Assembly (NCBI GenBank): GCA_049999805.1
Contig: JBNGIO010006161.1
Span: 1 to 64,000, forward strand
DNA: 64,000 nt
Source of the DNA: Folioceros fuciformis
Lineage: Eukaryota
Direction: 5' to 3'
Below, piece by piece: positions 9,512-19,964 of the stretch. Under the pieces are notes generated by a model. That model had not been told where the DNA came from. It ran no database searches and worked only from the letters and a program-made list of their open reading frames with translations. Within the stretch, counting starts at the first letter, position 1, and every line of letters begins with the position of its first letter. The position numbers and the translations under genes were made by a program.

Positions 9512-12055
9512 ATGACTGTGTCTAAGTTACGAGCTTTAGCACGGCCTCCTGGTCATCGGACTCCCAGGAACCAAACGTTGGCAAACAAGCAATTCGCCAG
9601 TCGACCTGACCATCGAAGATTTGAAGTGGTCGCAACTGCTGAAGCCGTGAGCAAGCTATGTGAGGAGGGCCACCTACCTGAGGCTGTTGAGGCTCTGGGA
9701 GTTCTGGTGCACACAGACTCTTGCATCTCAATAGATCTTCTATACACAGTCCTGAAGAAATGTGTTGCGCAGAAGGATCTTGTCCTGGGGCGGCTCGTTC
9801 ATGCTTTCACGGTGAAAAAGGGTTACCAGTCGGATACGTTCCTTAGCAACCACATTTTGCGGATGTACGGTGCCCACGGCAGGATGCAAGACGCGATGCA
9901 TGTGTTCGCGCTGGTTCCCAAACCAGATGCTTTCATGTGGTCTTCTATGATCTCTGCGTATGTCCGTCACGGACATTACAAGCATGCCATCCAACTGTAC
10001 CGTCGTATGACCAGGTCAGGTGCGAAGCCGGATAGCCATGTGTTCGTAGCAGTCCTTCAGGCTTGTGCCAAGGGGCAAGACCTGGAAACTGTACGAGAGG
10101 TGCACGGTGATGTGGTGGCGAGTGGATTTGAGAGGGACGCGTTTGTCTGTAGTTGCTTGGTTGATAGCTATGCAAAGTGTGGCAGCTTGGTAGATGCTCG
10201 AGCAGTATTTGACGGAGTTGGTAAGAAATGTGTGGTGATTTGGACTGCCATGATAGGAGGATATTCTCAGCACGGCATGGGGCAGGAAGCTCTTCATCTC
10301 TACAGTGTCATGCAAGAAGAAGGGATTACGGTACCCAATTCGCTGACATTTGTGTGCCTCCTGCAGGCCTGTGCTAGTGCAGGCACCCCAGCTCTGAAGA
10401 AGGGAAAGCAGCTTCATGCACAAATTAAAGAGCTAGGACAAGCATGTGATGGGTTTGTAGGCAGCAGCTTGGTGAATATGTATGCAAAGTGTGGCAGCTT
10501 GGAAGACGCCCTAAAAGTGTTTGACGGACTTGGTGAAAAGGATGTGGTCACGTGGAATTCCATGATAGCAGCCTGTTCCCAACAGGGCTTGGGGCACGAA
10601 GCCTTTCATCTCTACAGTGCTATGCAAAAGGAAGGGATGGCTACACCAGATTCTGTGACATATGTTTGCCTTCTGCAGGCATGTGCGAATATGGGCATCC
10701 CAGCCTTCGAGAAGGGTAAGGAGCTTCATGCACAAATTCAAGGTCGAGGACTTCAAGATGATGTGTTTGTAGCCAGCAGCTTGATCAATATGTATGCAAA
10801 GTGTGGCAGCCTAGACGATGCTCAGGATTTGTTTGATGGGCTTAGTCAAAAAGATGTTGTGACGTGGAGTGCCATCATAGCAGGATATTCCCAGCAGGGC
10901 ATGAGCCAGAAAGCTCTCCATCTTTACAGAGCAATGCAAGCAGATGGCGTGGCAGTACCTGACTCTGTGACCTTTGTGTCCCTCCTGCAGGCGTGTGCAA
11001 GCTTGGGAGCCCCTGTGTTGGAGACAGGGAAGCAGCTTCATAAACAAATTAGAGAACGGGGATACCAAGCTGATGTATTTGTGGCCAACAGTTTGGTGAA
11101 TATGTATGCAAAATGTGGGAGCTTGCAAGACGCTCACACGGTGTTCGACAGAATTGCTGAAAGAGATGTGGTAACGTGGAATGCCGTGATTGGATTGTAT
11201 GCTAAGCAGGGCTTGGGGCAGGAGGCTATTTGTCTCTATAGTGCTATGCAGAAAGAAGGCACAGTTCCACCTGATTCTGTGACATTTGTTTATCTCTTGC
11301 AGGCATGTGCAAACATGGCAGCGTTGCATTTGGGAAGGCAGCTACATGCGCAGATAGAAGAACTTGGATTTCAAGCAGATGTCGTTGTAGGGCGCTGTTT
11401 GATAAATATGTATGGCAAGGCGGGGAGCATGGTTGATGCACAGACGGTGTTTGAGGCACTGGTAGACCGAAGTGTTGCCTCCTGGAATGCACTGATTGCA
11501 GGCTATAGCTATCAAGGAGACAGTGAGGAGGTCTTTCAGTTGTCTCTCAGAATGAGAGAGGATGGGATACAGCCAGATGGTATCACTTTCCTTGAGATTC
11601 TAACAGTATGTAGTCATACAGGTCTGGTGAACAAGGGACGAGAGTACTTCAATGCTATGAGGAGAGTTGAGGGCATCACTCCAACGGTGGAGCACTACAC
11701 GTGCATGGTGGATCTTCTGGGTCGTGCAGGCCAACTGGATGAGGCACTGGCTTTGGTAAGGACGATGCCTGTAGTGCCTGACGCTGTAGTTTGGAGTACT
11801 CTTTTGGGGGCTTGTGGAAAGTGGAGCAACGTGGAGGTGGGGCTCTATGCTTTTGACCAAGCAGTGAAGCTAGACAAGAAAGATGCCACAGCATACTTGC
11901 TCATGGCCAAGATATACACTGGCGCTCGGATGTGGGAGCAAGCGCAGCGTATGCATTCAAAGAGAATGAGAATGATGGCATGGAAGCAGCCTGGTCAGAG
12001 CTGGTGGACAGACCTGGACGGGCTGGTGCATAGTTTTGCTGTTTCCTATAGCTGA
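9512..12055 (+). CDS. PLS-class PPR protein (PPR2), 847 aa, E1/E2, WW-type PG box, no deaminase core
   Basis: PLS triplets with 6 S motifs before P2-L2-S2; ends KQPGQSWWTDLDGLVHSFAVSYS*. Confidence 0.95.
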   Translation: MTVSKLRALARPPGHRTPRNQTLANKQFASRPDHRRFEVVATAEAVSKLCEEGHLPEAVEALGVLVHTDSCISIDLLYTVLKKCVAQKDLVLGRLVHAFTVKKGYQSDTFLSNHILRMYGAHGRMQDAMHVFALVPKPDAFMWSSMISAYVRHGHYKHAIQLYRRMTRSGAKPDSHVFVAVLQACAKGQDLETVREVHGDVVASGFERDAFVCSCLVDSYAKCGSLVDARAVFDGVGKKCVVIWTAMIGGYSQHGMGQEALHLYSVMQEEGITVPNSLTFVCLLQACASAGTPALKKGKQLHAQIKELGQACDGFVGSSLVNMYAKCGSLEDALKVFDGLGEKDVVTWNSMIAACSQQGLGHEAFHLYSAMQKEGMATPDSVTYVCLLQACANMGIPAFEKGKELHAQIQGRGLQDDVFVASSLINMYAKCGSLDDAQDLFDGLSQKDVVTWSAIIAGYSQQGMSQKALHLYRAMQADGVAVPDSVTFVSLLQACASLGAPVLETGKQLHKQIRERGYQADVFVANSLVNMYAKCGSLQDAHTVFDRIAERDVVTWNAVIGLYAKQGLGQEAICLYSAMQKEGTVPPDSVTFVYLLQACANMAALHLGRQLHAQIEELGFQADVVVGRCLINMYGKAGSMVDAQTVFEALVDRSVASWNALIAGYSYQGDSEEVFQLSLRMREDGIQPDGITFLEILTVCSHTGLVNKGREYFNAMRRVEGITPTVEHYTCMVDLLGRAGQLDEALALVRTMPVVPDAVVWSTLLGACGKWSNVEVGLYAFDQAVKLDKKDATAYLLMAKIYTGARMWEQAQRMHSKRMRMMAWKQPGQSWWTDLDGLVHSFAVSYS

Positions 12056-12488
12056 AGACGTTTTTCTCAAGGAAGGATCTGTGCTGCATCTGGACCGATT
12101 ACCCGAGCGGACGTGCGCCGAGGGCTGGTTGCCTGCGATATCTTGGGAGGGCAGGCACATTGCATACGCAGCCTCATTTTTCATGTGATTCCATCACGTT
12201 CCACTTATCTCCATCAAGTGACTCACTTCGTCTCTCTGAGAGGACGGTGTATGTCGTGCGCTCCACGCGACTGTACTCAGAATCTGTAAATCTGTAGCTT
12301 TCGTCACTTACTTCAAGACTTCGATCGGTTACTCGCACCAAGAGTTTGAGTCATCGGGTGAGTGTGATCCTGGTAGCCATGGCAATGCGGAGAGCTACCG
12401 GCCCCCTGCCTTCGATCAGCCAATTGCGGGTTAAGAAGCAAGGCTCTAGGTCCAGGGCCTTCGGAATAGTGCCAGCCCATCCAAGCGG

Positions 12489-15400
12489 ATGTCTGGCTGG
12501 AGATGGAGACGAACGATTTCAACAAGCGGGCTTGGGTTGATGCGCAGCTCGCTACGCGGGTTCTCGGAATGGACCGTCGTGCCACCAAATTCCACGGGAT
12601 CGTCCCGGACGAGTCTGAGCTTGGGGCCTGGAGGACACGATAGCATCGTAACTGCTACAACCGTGAGCAAGCTTTGTCACCAGGGCTTGCTGATTGAGGC
12701 TGTAAACGCCTTGGAAGTTTTGGTGCATTCGGACGGCTGTTTTCCCAAATCTCTGTTTTATACAGTCCTGAAGAGATGTGTAGCACAGAAGGATCTTCTT
12801 CTTGGTCGGCGGGTGCATCTGATGACTGTGAAGAAGGGATACAAGTCGGACAGGTTCCTGTGCAATCACATCCTGCGAATGTATGCTTGTCATGGGAGAT
12901 TGCAAGACGCGATGGACGTGTTCACCCTGGTTGCAGCACCAGATGCCTTCATGTGGTCTTCCATAATTTCTGCTCATGTTAAGCACGGGCAAGACACACA
13001 GGCCATACAACTGTATCATCGGATGAGGAGGTCTAGTGTCAAGGCAGATGGGCATGTGTTTGTGGCAGCCCTTCAGGCTTGTGCAAGGGCAGCAGACTTA
13101 CAAACTGGGCAGCTGGTGCATGCTGATGTGCTGGCCAGTGGCCTTCAGTTTGATGTGTTCGTCAGTACTTGCCTGGTGGACATGTATGCGAAGTGTGGCA
13201 GCTTAGAGGATGCTCAGAGGGTGTTTGACGGACTTGGTCGGAAGACTGTGGTGATGTGGAATGCCATGATAGGAGGGTATGCCCGGCAGGGCATGGGGCA
13301 GGCAGCCCTTGCCCTCTACAGTGCTATGCAGCAGGAGGGGCATTGGGTTGTCCCCGATTCTGTGACCTTTCTATGCCTCCTTCAGTCATGTGCAGGTGTG
13401 GGCAACCCCGCTTTGGAGAAAGGGAGGCAGATTCATGTTCAAATTAGAGAACATGGATACGAATCGGATGTGTTTGTAGGCAACAATTTGGTGAACATGT
13501 ATGCAAAGTGTGGCAGCCTGGAGGATGCTGAGAGAGTGTTTCATCGACTTGCTCAAAAAGATGTGGTCACATGGACTGCTTTAATCGCAGGATATTCCCA
13601 GCAGGGCATGGGGCTGGAAGCGCTTCAACTCCACAGTGTTATGCAAAACGAAGGGATCGCCATACCAAACTCCATGACATTTGTGGCCCTTCTGCACGCA
13701 TGTGCAGGTGTGGGCGCCCCAGCTTTGAACACAGGGAAGCAGCTTCATGCTCTGATTATTGAACAAGGGCATGAAGGGGATGTGTTTATATCCAACAACT
13801 TGGTAAACATGTATGCAAAGTGTGGCAGCCTAGATGATGCTCGTGATGTGTTTGATAGACTTGGTTTAAAGAATGTGGTTACCTGGAGTGCTATGATAGC
13901 AGGACTTTCACAGCAGGGCAGGGGGGAGGAAGCCCTTGGTCTTTATAAGGCCATGCAAGAAGACGGTGTGTCACCCAATTCTGTGACATTTGTGTGCCTC
14001 CTACAGGCATGCGCAGCTGTTGGCACAACGGCGCTGGAGATGGGGAAGCAGCTTCATGCACAAATCAGAGAACAAGGGCTTGAACAGGAGGATATCATAG
14101 TAAGCAGTTTGGTTAAGATGTATGCAATGTGTGTCTCCCTAGAAGATGAAGCGAGAGATGTCGATATCGTGGGTGCTAAAGACAGCATGACGTGGACTGC
14201 TCTGATTGCTGGATATGCTCAGCATGGCAAAGGCCATGAAGCTCTTCGTCTATACACTGCTATGCAAGAAGATGACATCACGCTACTTGATTCCGCAACA
14301 GTTGTGTGCCTTTTGCAGGCCTGTGCAACTCTAGGCATCCCAGCACTGGAGCAGGGGCGGCAACTCCATACACAAGTGATAAAACAAGGACTTGCAGGTG
14401 GTGTGTTCATAGCCAAGAATGTGGTGGACATGTATGCAAAGTGTGGCAGCTTGGACGATGCCCAAAGAGTGTTCGCTGGACTTCGTCACAAAGATGTTGT
14501 GACATGGAATGCCATGATAGCACGATATTCCCAGCAGGGCTATGGGCAGAAGGCCCTTCGTCTCTACACTGTTATGCAAGAAGAGGGCCTCACTGTCCCA
14601 GATAGTGTGACATTTGTGTCCCTCCTGCAGGCATGTGCAAGTGTGGGCAGCCCAGCATTAGACAAAGGGAAGCAGCTTCATTCAGAAATAAGAAAACTTG
14701 GGCTTCAAGATCAAGTGTTTCTAGCCGGCAGTTTGATGAACATGTATACAAAATGTGGCAGCTTGGAAGACGCCCAAAGAGTGTTTGATGGAGTTCGCGA
14801 AAAGGACGTGGTGGTGTGGAACACGATGATTGCAGGTTGTTCCCAGTCATGCATGGGCGAAGAAGCCCTTCATCTCTTCAGACGTATGAAAGAGGAGGAC
14901 ATCGCCATCCCTAATGCCGTAACATACGTGTGCCTCTTGCAAGCATGTGCAAATATGGCAGCTTTGCGTGTGGGAAGGCGGCTACATGCACAGATCGAAG
15001 AACGAGGGTTTCAATCCGATCTGGTCGTAGCCCATAGTTTGATAACCATGTATGGGAAGTCTGGGAGCATGGTTGATGCACAAAAGGTGTTTGAGGCGCT
15101 TGCAGAACGAAATATTGTCACCTGGAATGCACTGGTTGCAGGCTACAGCCACCAAGGGTGCAGTGAAGAGGTCTTTGACTTGCTTCTTAGAATGCAAGCT
15201 GATGGCATACAGCCAGATGGGATCACGTTCCTTGGTGTTCTAACGGTATGCAGTCATACGGGTCTTGTTAGCAAGGGGCGAGAGTACTTCGATGCTATGA
15301 CCAGTCACCACAGCATCACCCCCAAGGCAGAGCACTTTGCATGCATGGTGGACCTTCTGGGTCGTGCAGGTCGACTGGATGATGCGCTAGTTTTGGTGAG

Positions 15401-15704
15401 CACGATGCCTGTGAAGCCCAATTCTGCAGTTTGGCACGCTCTGTTGGGTGCTTGTCGAAAGTGGAACAACATGGACGTCGGACGCCATGCTTTCGACCAA
15501 GCAGTGAAGCTAGACAAGAACGATGCTGCAGCATATGCCTTGATGACGAACATGTACAGAGGTGCCCATATGTGGGAGCAGGCACAGGAACTGCAGAACA
15601 GGAGAATAGGAGAAAAGGCATGGAAGCTGCCGGGGCAGTGCTGGTGGACAGACATGGACGGTTTCGTTCATACTTTTCGAGTGGGAAAAGCCATCCAACG
15701 CTGA
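12489..15704 (+). CDS. PLS-class PPR protein (PPR3), 1071 aa, E1/E2, WW-type PG box, DYW truncated
   Basis: PLS triplets with 8 S motifs; ends KLPGQCWWTDMDGFVHTFRVGKAIQR*. Confidence 0.95.
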   Translation: MSGWRWRRTISTSGLGLMRSSLRGFSEWTVVPPNSTGSSRTSLSLGPGGHDSIVTATTVSKLCHQGLLIEAVNALEVLVHSDGCFPKSLFYTVLKRCVAQKDLLLGRRVHLMTVKKGYKSDRFLCNHILRMYACHGRLQDAMDVFTLVAAPDAFMWSSIISAHVKHGQDTQAIQLYHRMRRSSVKADGHVFVAALQACARAADLQTGQLVHADVLASGLQFDVFVSTCLVDMYAKCGSLEDAQRVFDGLGRKTVVMWNAMIGGYARQGMGQAALALYSAMQQEGHWVVPDSVTFLCLLQSCAGVGNPALEKGRQIHVQIREHGYESDVFVGNNLVNMYAKCGSLEDAERVFHRLAQKDVVTWTALIAGYSQQGMGLEALQLHSVMQNEGIAIPNSMTFVALLHACAGVGAPALNTGKQLHALIIEQGHEGDVFISNNLVNMYAKCGSLDDARDVFDRLGLKNVVTWSAMIAGLSQQGRGEEALGLYKAMQEDGVSPNSVTFVCLLQACAAVGTTALEMGKQLHAQIREQGLEQEDIIVSSLVKMYAMCVSLEDEARDVDIVGAKDSMTWTALIAGYAQHGKGHEALRLYTAMQEDDITLLDSATVVCLLQACATLGIPALEQGRQLHTQVIKQGLAGGVFIAKNVVDMYAKCGSLDDAQRVFAGLRHKDVVTWNAMIARYSQQGYGQKALRLYTVMQEEGLTVPDSVTFVSLLQACASVGSPALDKGKQLHSEIRKLGLQDQVFLAGSLMNMYTKCGSLEDAQRVFDGVREKDVVVWNTMIAGCSQSCMGEEALHLFRRMKEEDIAIPNAVTYVCLLQACANMAALRVGRRLHAQIEERGFQSDLVVAHSLITMYGKSGSMVDAQKVFEALAERNIVTWNALVAGYSHQGCSEEVFDLLLRMQADGIQPDGITFLGVLTVCSHTGLVSKGREYFDAMTSHHSITPKAEHFACMVDLLGRAGRLDDALVLVSTMPVKPNSAVWHALLGACRKWNNMDVGRHAFDQAVKLDKNDAAAYALMTNMYRGAHMWEQAQELQNRRIGEKAWKLPGQCWWTDMDGFVHTFRVGKAIQR

Positions 15705-16102
15705 AACAAGAAGCCTGAACAGAGGTCCGATGTAGGAGCTAGCGTGCAGACAATGTTGGTAAATGGATGTCTCGTGTGCCCATTTGCTTGTAGTTGAGAG
15801 AACTGCTATCTTAGCTGCTGTCCAGAGTATGCAGCTCTGAACCTTGCCTGTTTCCCTGTTTGTTTTGAGCGCGTGAACACTTGTCCTTTTCCTTTCGGGA
15901 CAGGAGCGGTATCGGACTCAGTTCCTGTATGTTCTGCCCACATGTACATAGACCACAATTCACCTTGTGAGTACACACTTCACCTGGAGTGTTCCAGCGT
16001 GCCGCCAGCCATGACCTGTAGCCCGTCTTCGCCATAGAAACGTATCGGACTGCAAGGTATCTCAGACACGAATGGGTCCCTCTGTGGATCTGGGAGCAGA
16101 GC

Positions 16103-19100
16103 ATGCAAGGAGCCATGCATGCGCGAAGAGTCTACTATCTCCTAGCAAGAGCTCCACCTCGCAGCAAATTAAGGAACGAGCTCTGGGCAAACAACCAATC
16201 TGCGAGGTCCAGGGGCTTTGCAGGAATACAGCCAGTTTTGGGGCTCGAGCTTGCCCCGCTAGATGTCGAGACGGACTGCCAGGCGTANNNNNNNNNNNNN
16301 NNNNNNNNNNNNNNNNNNNNNNNNNNNNNNNNNNNNNNNNNNNNNNNNNNNNNNNNNNNNNNNNNNNNNNNNNNNNNNNNNNNNNNNGGCATGTGGAATC
16401 CAGACCCGCGTAGTCGGAGGTCTGCAGGATCCGAAAGCGAAGTGACTGCTGATACCGTGAGTGATCTCTGTCAGAAAGGACATCTCGCTCAGGCTGTCGA
16501 GGCCTTGGGAGTTTTGGTGAAGGCACATTCTCGTGTTTCCAAATCCCTCTTGTACACAGTCCTGAAAAAATGCGGTGTAAAGGAGGATCTTGTTTTGGGT
16601 CGCCGTGTGCATGCCTTCACGGTGAAAAGAAGTTATGGATCGGACACCTTCCTGTGCAACCACATCCTGCGAATGTATGCTTCTCATGGCAGGTTACAAG
16701 ACGCGATGGATGTGTTCACCGTGGTTGCCAAACCAGATGCCTTCATGTGGTCTTCCATCATTTCTGCTCATGTTCAACATGGTGAAGACAAGCAGGCCAT
16801 GCAACTGTATAGTCGGATGCGCGAGTCAAATGTGAAGCCAGATGGCCATGTATTCGTGGCCGCCATACAGGCTTGTGCCAGGGCAGCAGACTTCAAAGCT
16901 GGGCAACAGGTGCATGCTGATCTGCTGGCTAGTGGCGTTGAGCTCGATTTGTTCGTCTCTAGTTCCTTGGTGGACATGTATGCGAAGTGTCGAAGCTTGG
17001 AGAATGCTCAGTCTTTGTTTGATGGACTTCGTGAAAAAAATGTGGTGACTTGGAATTCCGTGATCTCAGGGCATTCCCAACAGGGTATGGGACATGAAGC
17101 GCTTCGTCTATACAGAGCAATGCAGGAAGATGGCATGGCCGTCCCAGATGCTGTGACATTTACGTGCCTCCTTCAGGCATGTGCAAGTGTGGGCAGCCAG
17201 GCGTTGGAGGAGGGTAAGCTGCTGCATGGAGAAATAAGAGAACGAGGATATGAGGAGGACGTGATTGTAGCCAACAGTTTGGTGAACATGTACGCGAAGT
17301 GTGGCAGTCTAGAGGACGCTCAGACGGTGTTTGAGGGGCTTGGTCGAAAAGACGTGGTCACATGGACTACTCTGCTTGCAGGATACTCTCAGAAGGGCAA
17401 GGGGCAGGAAGCTCTCCATCTGTACAGAGTTATGCAGGAAGAAGGCATCGCTGTGCCCAACTCCGTGACATTTGTGTGCCTGTTGCAAGCCTGCGCAATC
17501 GTTGGCACTCCAGCCTTGGAGACAGGGAAGCAGCTTCATTGGCAAATCAGAGCACAAGGACATGAAGGTGAGGTGTCTGTAGCCAATAGTTTGGTCAACA
17601 TGTATGCCAAATGTGGGAGCGTGGAAGATGCTCGGAGTGTGTTCGACAGCCTTGTTGACAGAGATGTAGTTACATGGAGTGCCATGATGGCGGGTTATTC
17701 CCAGCAGAGCATGGGGCAGGAATCCCTCGAACTTTACAGGTCTATGCAAGAAGAAGGCATCATTGCCCCCAATTCTGTGACATTTGTGTGCCTCCTGCAG
17801 GCATGTGCAAGTCTTGGTGCTCCAGCGTTGGACATGGGCATGCAGCTGCATGCGCATATCAGGAGACGTGGGCTTCAGTGCGATGTGGCTGTAGCCAGAA
17901 GTTTGGTGAACATGTATGGAAAGTGTGTCTGCCTTCAGGATTCTCAGAGAGCGTTCGATAGACTTGGTCACAAAGATGTCGTGACGTGGACTGCTTTGAT
18001 TGCAGGATACTCCCAGCACCACATGGGCCAGGAAGCCCTTCGTCTCTATACGAATATGCAAGAGGATGGCATGTCTGCACCCGATTCTGTGACATTTGGC
18101 TGCCTCCTGCAGGCATGTGCAGGTGTGGGCAGCGAGGCATTGGATCAGGGGAAGCAGCTTCATACTGAAATTGAGCAACGAGGATACCAAGGTGACATTT
18201 TCGTAGCCAATAGTTTAGTAGACATGTACGCAAAGTGTGGCAGCATGGAGGCCGCTCAAAGAGTGTTTGACGGCCTTGGTCAAAAAGATGTGGTAACATG
18301 GAATACCATGATAGCACGGTACTCCCAGCAGGGTATGGGGCAGGAAGCCCTTGGCCTCTATAGTGCTATGCAAGAAGAGGGCATTTCTATACCAGATTCC
18401 GTGACATTTGTGTGTCTCTTGCAAGCATGTGCAAGTGTGGGCACCGCAGCTTTGGAAAAGGGAAAGCAGCTTCATGCGCAAATTAGAGAACAGGGGTTCC
18501 AAGCAGATCTGTTTGTGGGGACCAGTTTGGTGAACATGTATGCAAAGTGTGGTAACTTGGGAGACGCCCAGATAGTGTTCAGCGAACTTGATCAAAAAGA
18601 TGTTGTGACTTGGAATGCCTTAATAGCTGGGTGTGCACAGCAGGGCAAGGGGGAAGACGCCCTTCACCTCTACTATGTAATGCAAGAAGAAGAAATTTCC
18701 GTACCCAGTTGCGTGACTTTTGTATGCCTCCTTCAGGCATGCGCAAGTGTGGGTCGCACAGCGTTGGAGAAGGGAAAGCAGCTTCATGTGCAAATTAGAG
18801 AACGAGGATATGACGCCGACGTGTTTGTAGCCAACAGTTTGGTGAACATGTACGCAAAGTGTGGTAGCCTTGAGGATGCTCAGCGATTGTTCGATGGGCT
18901 TGGTTGCAAAGATGTGGTGACATGGAATGCTATGATAGCTGGTTATTGCCAGCAGGGGATGGGCCACAAGGCTGTCAGCCTTTACAAGGCTATGGAAGTA
19001 GACGGCGTGGCTATACCCGATTCTGTCACATTTGTTTGCCTCCTGCAGGCATGCGCCGACGTGGCTGCTTTGAATGTTGGAAGGGAGCTACATTCACAGA

Positions 19101-19831
19101 TTGAACAACAAGGGCTTCAAGCTGACGTCTTTGTTGCCCGAAGTTTGGTGAACATGTATGGAAAGTCCGGGAGCATGCTTGATGCACGGCAGGTGTTTGA
19201 GGCATTATCTGAAAGGAGCGTTGTGGCCTGGAATGCACTGATTGTGGGCTACAGTCATCAAGGGAATAGTGAAGAGGTGTTTAATCTGGTTCTCAGAATG
19301 GGGGAGGATGGCATACAGCCCGATGGCGTCACGTTCATTGGCATACTGACGGTATGCAGCCATACGGGCCTCGTGAGCACAGGGCGGCAGTATTTTGAGG
19401 CTATGAGCAGCCAGTATGGCATCACTCCCACAGTGGAGCACTACACATGCATGGTGGATCTCCTGGGCCGCGCAGGCCAACTGGATGAGGCTCTAGCTGT
19501 GGTAAGCAGAATGCCCTTTTTGCCTACTTCGGCAGTTTGGCACACGCTCTTGTGTGCTTGCCGAAATTGGAGCAACGTGGAGGTGGGACGCCATGCGTTC
19601 GAAGAAGCAGTGAAGTCAGACAAGTTGGATGCTTCGGCTTACGTGTTGATGTCTAACATATACATCAGTGCCCAGATGTGGGAGCAAGCACAAGAGATGC
19701 AGACGAGGAGAATAGCTGTGAGGGCACGGAAGCAGCCGGGTCAGAGCTGGTGGACAGACATGGACGGGTTGGTGCATAGTTTCTTTGTTGGCGTCAGGAG
19801 GAGACCACCCAAGAATCAAGCAAGGCTGTGA
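16103..19831 (+). CDS. PLS-class PPR protein (PPR4), E1/E2, WW-type PG box, DYW truncated; 5' end uncertain because of the gap at 16288-16387
   Basis: PLS triplets with 9 S motifs; ends KQPGQSWWTDMDGLVHSFFVGVRRRPPKNQARL*. First in-frame ATG after the gap is 16391. Confidence 0.9.
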   Translation: MQGAMHARRVYYLLARAPPRSKLRNELWANNQSARSRGFAGIQPVLGLELAPLDVETDCQAXXXXXXXXXXXXXXXXXXXXXXXXXXXXXXXXXXGMWNPDPRSRRSAGSESEVTADTVSDLCQKGHLAQAVEALGVLVKAHSRVSKSLLYTVLKKCGVKEDLVLGRRVHAFTVKRSYGSDTFLCNHILRMYASHGRLQDAMDVFTVVAKPDAFMWSSIISAHVQHGEDKQAMQLYSRMRESNVKPDGHVFVAAIQACARAADFKAGQQVHADLLASGVELDLFVSSSLVDMYAKCRSLENAQSLFDGLREKNVVTWNSVISGHSQQGMGHEALRLYRAMQEDGMAVPDAVTFTCLLQACASVGSQALEEGKLLHGEIRERGYEEDVIVANSLVNMYAKCGSLEDAQTVFEGLGRKDVVTWTTLLAGYSQKGKGQEALHLYRVMQEEGIAVPNSVTFVCLLQACAIVGTPALETGKQLHWQIRAQGHEGEVSVANSLVNMYAKCGSVEDARSVFDSLVDRDVVTWSAMMAGYSQQSMGQESLELYRSMQEEGIIAPNSVTFVCLLQACASLGAPALDMGMQLHAHIRRRGLQCDVAVARSLVNMYGKCVCLQDSQRAFDRLGHKDVVTWTALIAGYSQHHMGQEALRLYTNMQEDGMSAPDSVTFGCLLQACAGVGSEALDQGKQLHTEIEQRGYQGDIFVANSLVDMYAKCGSMEAAQRVFDGLGQKDVVTWNTMIARYSQQGMGQEALGLYSAMQEEGISIPDSVTFVCLLQACASVGTAALEKGKQLHAQIREQGFQADLFVGTSLVNMYAKCGNLGDAQIVFSELDQKDVVTWNALIAGCAQQGKGEDALHLYYVMQEEEISVPSCVTFVCLLQACASVGRTALEKGKQLHVQIRERGYDADVFVANSLVNMYAKCGSLEDAQRLFDGLGCKDVVTWNAMIAGYCQQGMGHKAVSLYKAMEVDGVAIPDSVTFVCLLQACADVAALNVGRELHSQIEQQGLQADVFVARSLVNMYGKSGSMLDARQVFEALSERSVVAWNALIVGYSHQGNSEEVFNLVLRMGEDGIQPDGVTFIGILTVCSHTGLVSTGRQYFEAMSSQYGITPTVEHYTCMVDLLGRAGQLDEALAVVSRMPFLPTSAVWHTLLCACRNWSNVEVGRHAFEEAVKSDKLDASAYVLMSNIYISAQMWEQAQEMQTRRIAVRARKQPGQSWWTDMDGLVHSFFVGVRRRPPKNQARL

Positions 19832-19964
19832 CAATTCTCTTCTACAACGCAGCAAGAAGAATGTATGCCAAAATTCGGACTCCGTTGTACTCTTGTGAAC
19901 TGAATTCAGCCGGCAGATGGGTCAAGGCGGCGCATACTAATCCCTGGGATGAGCAGGGTATTCC

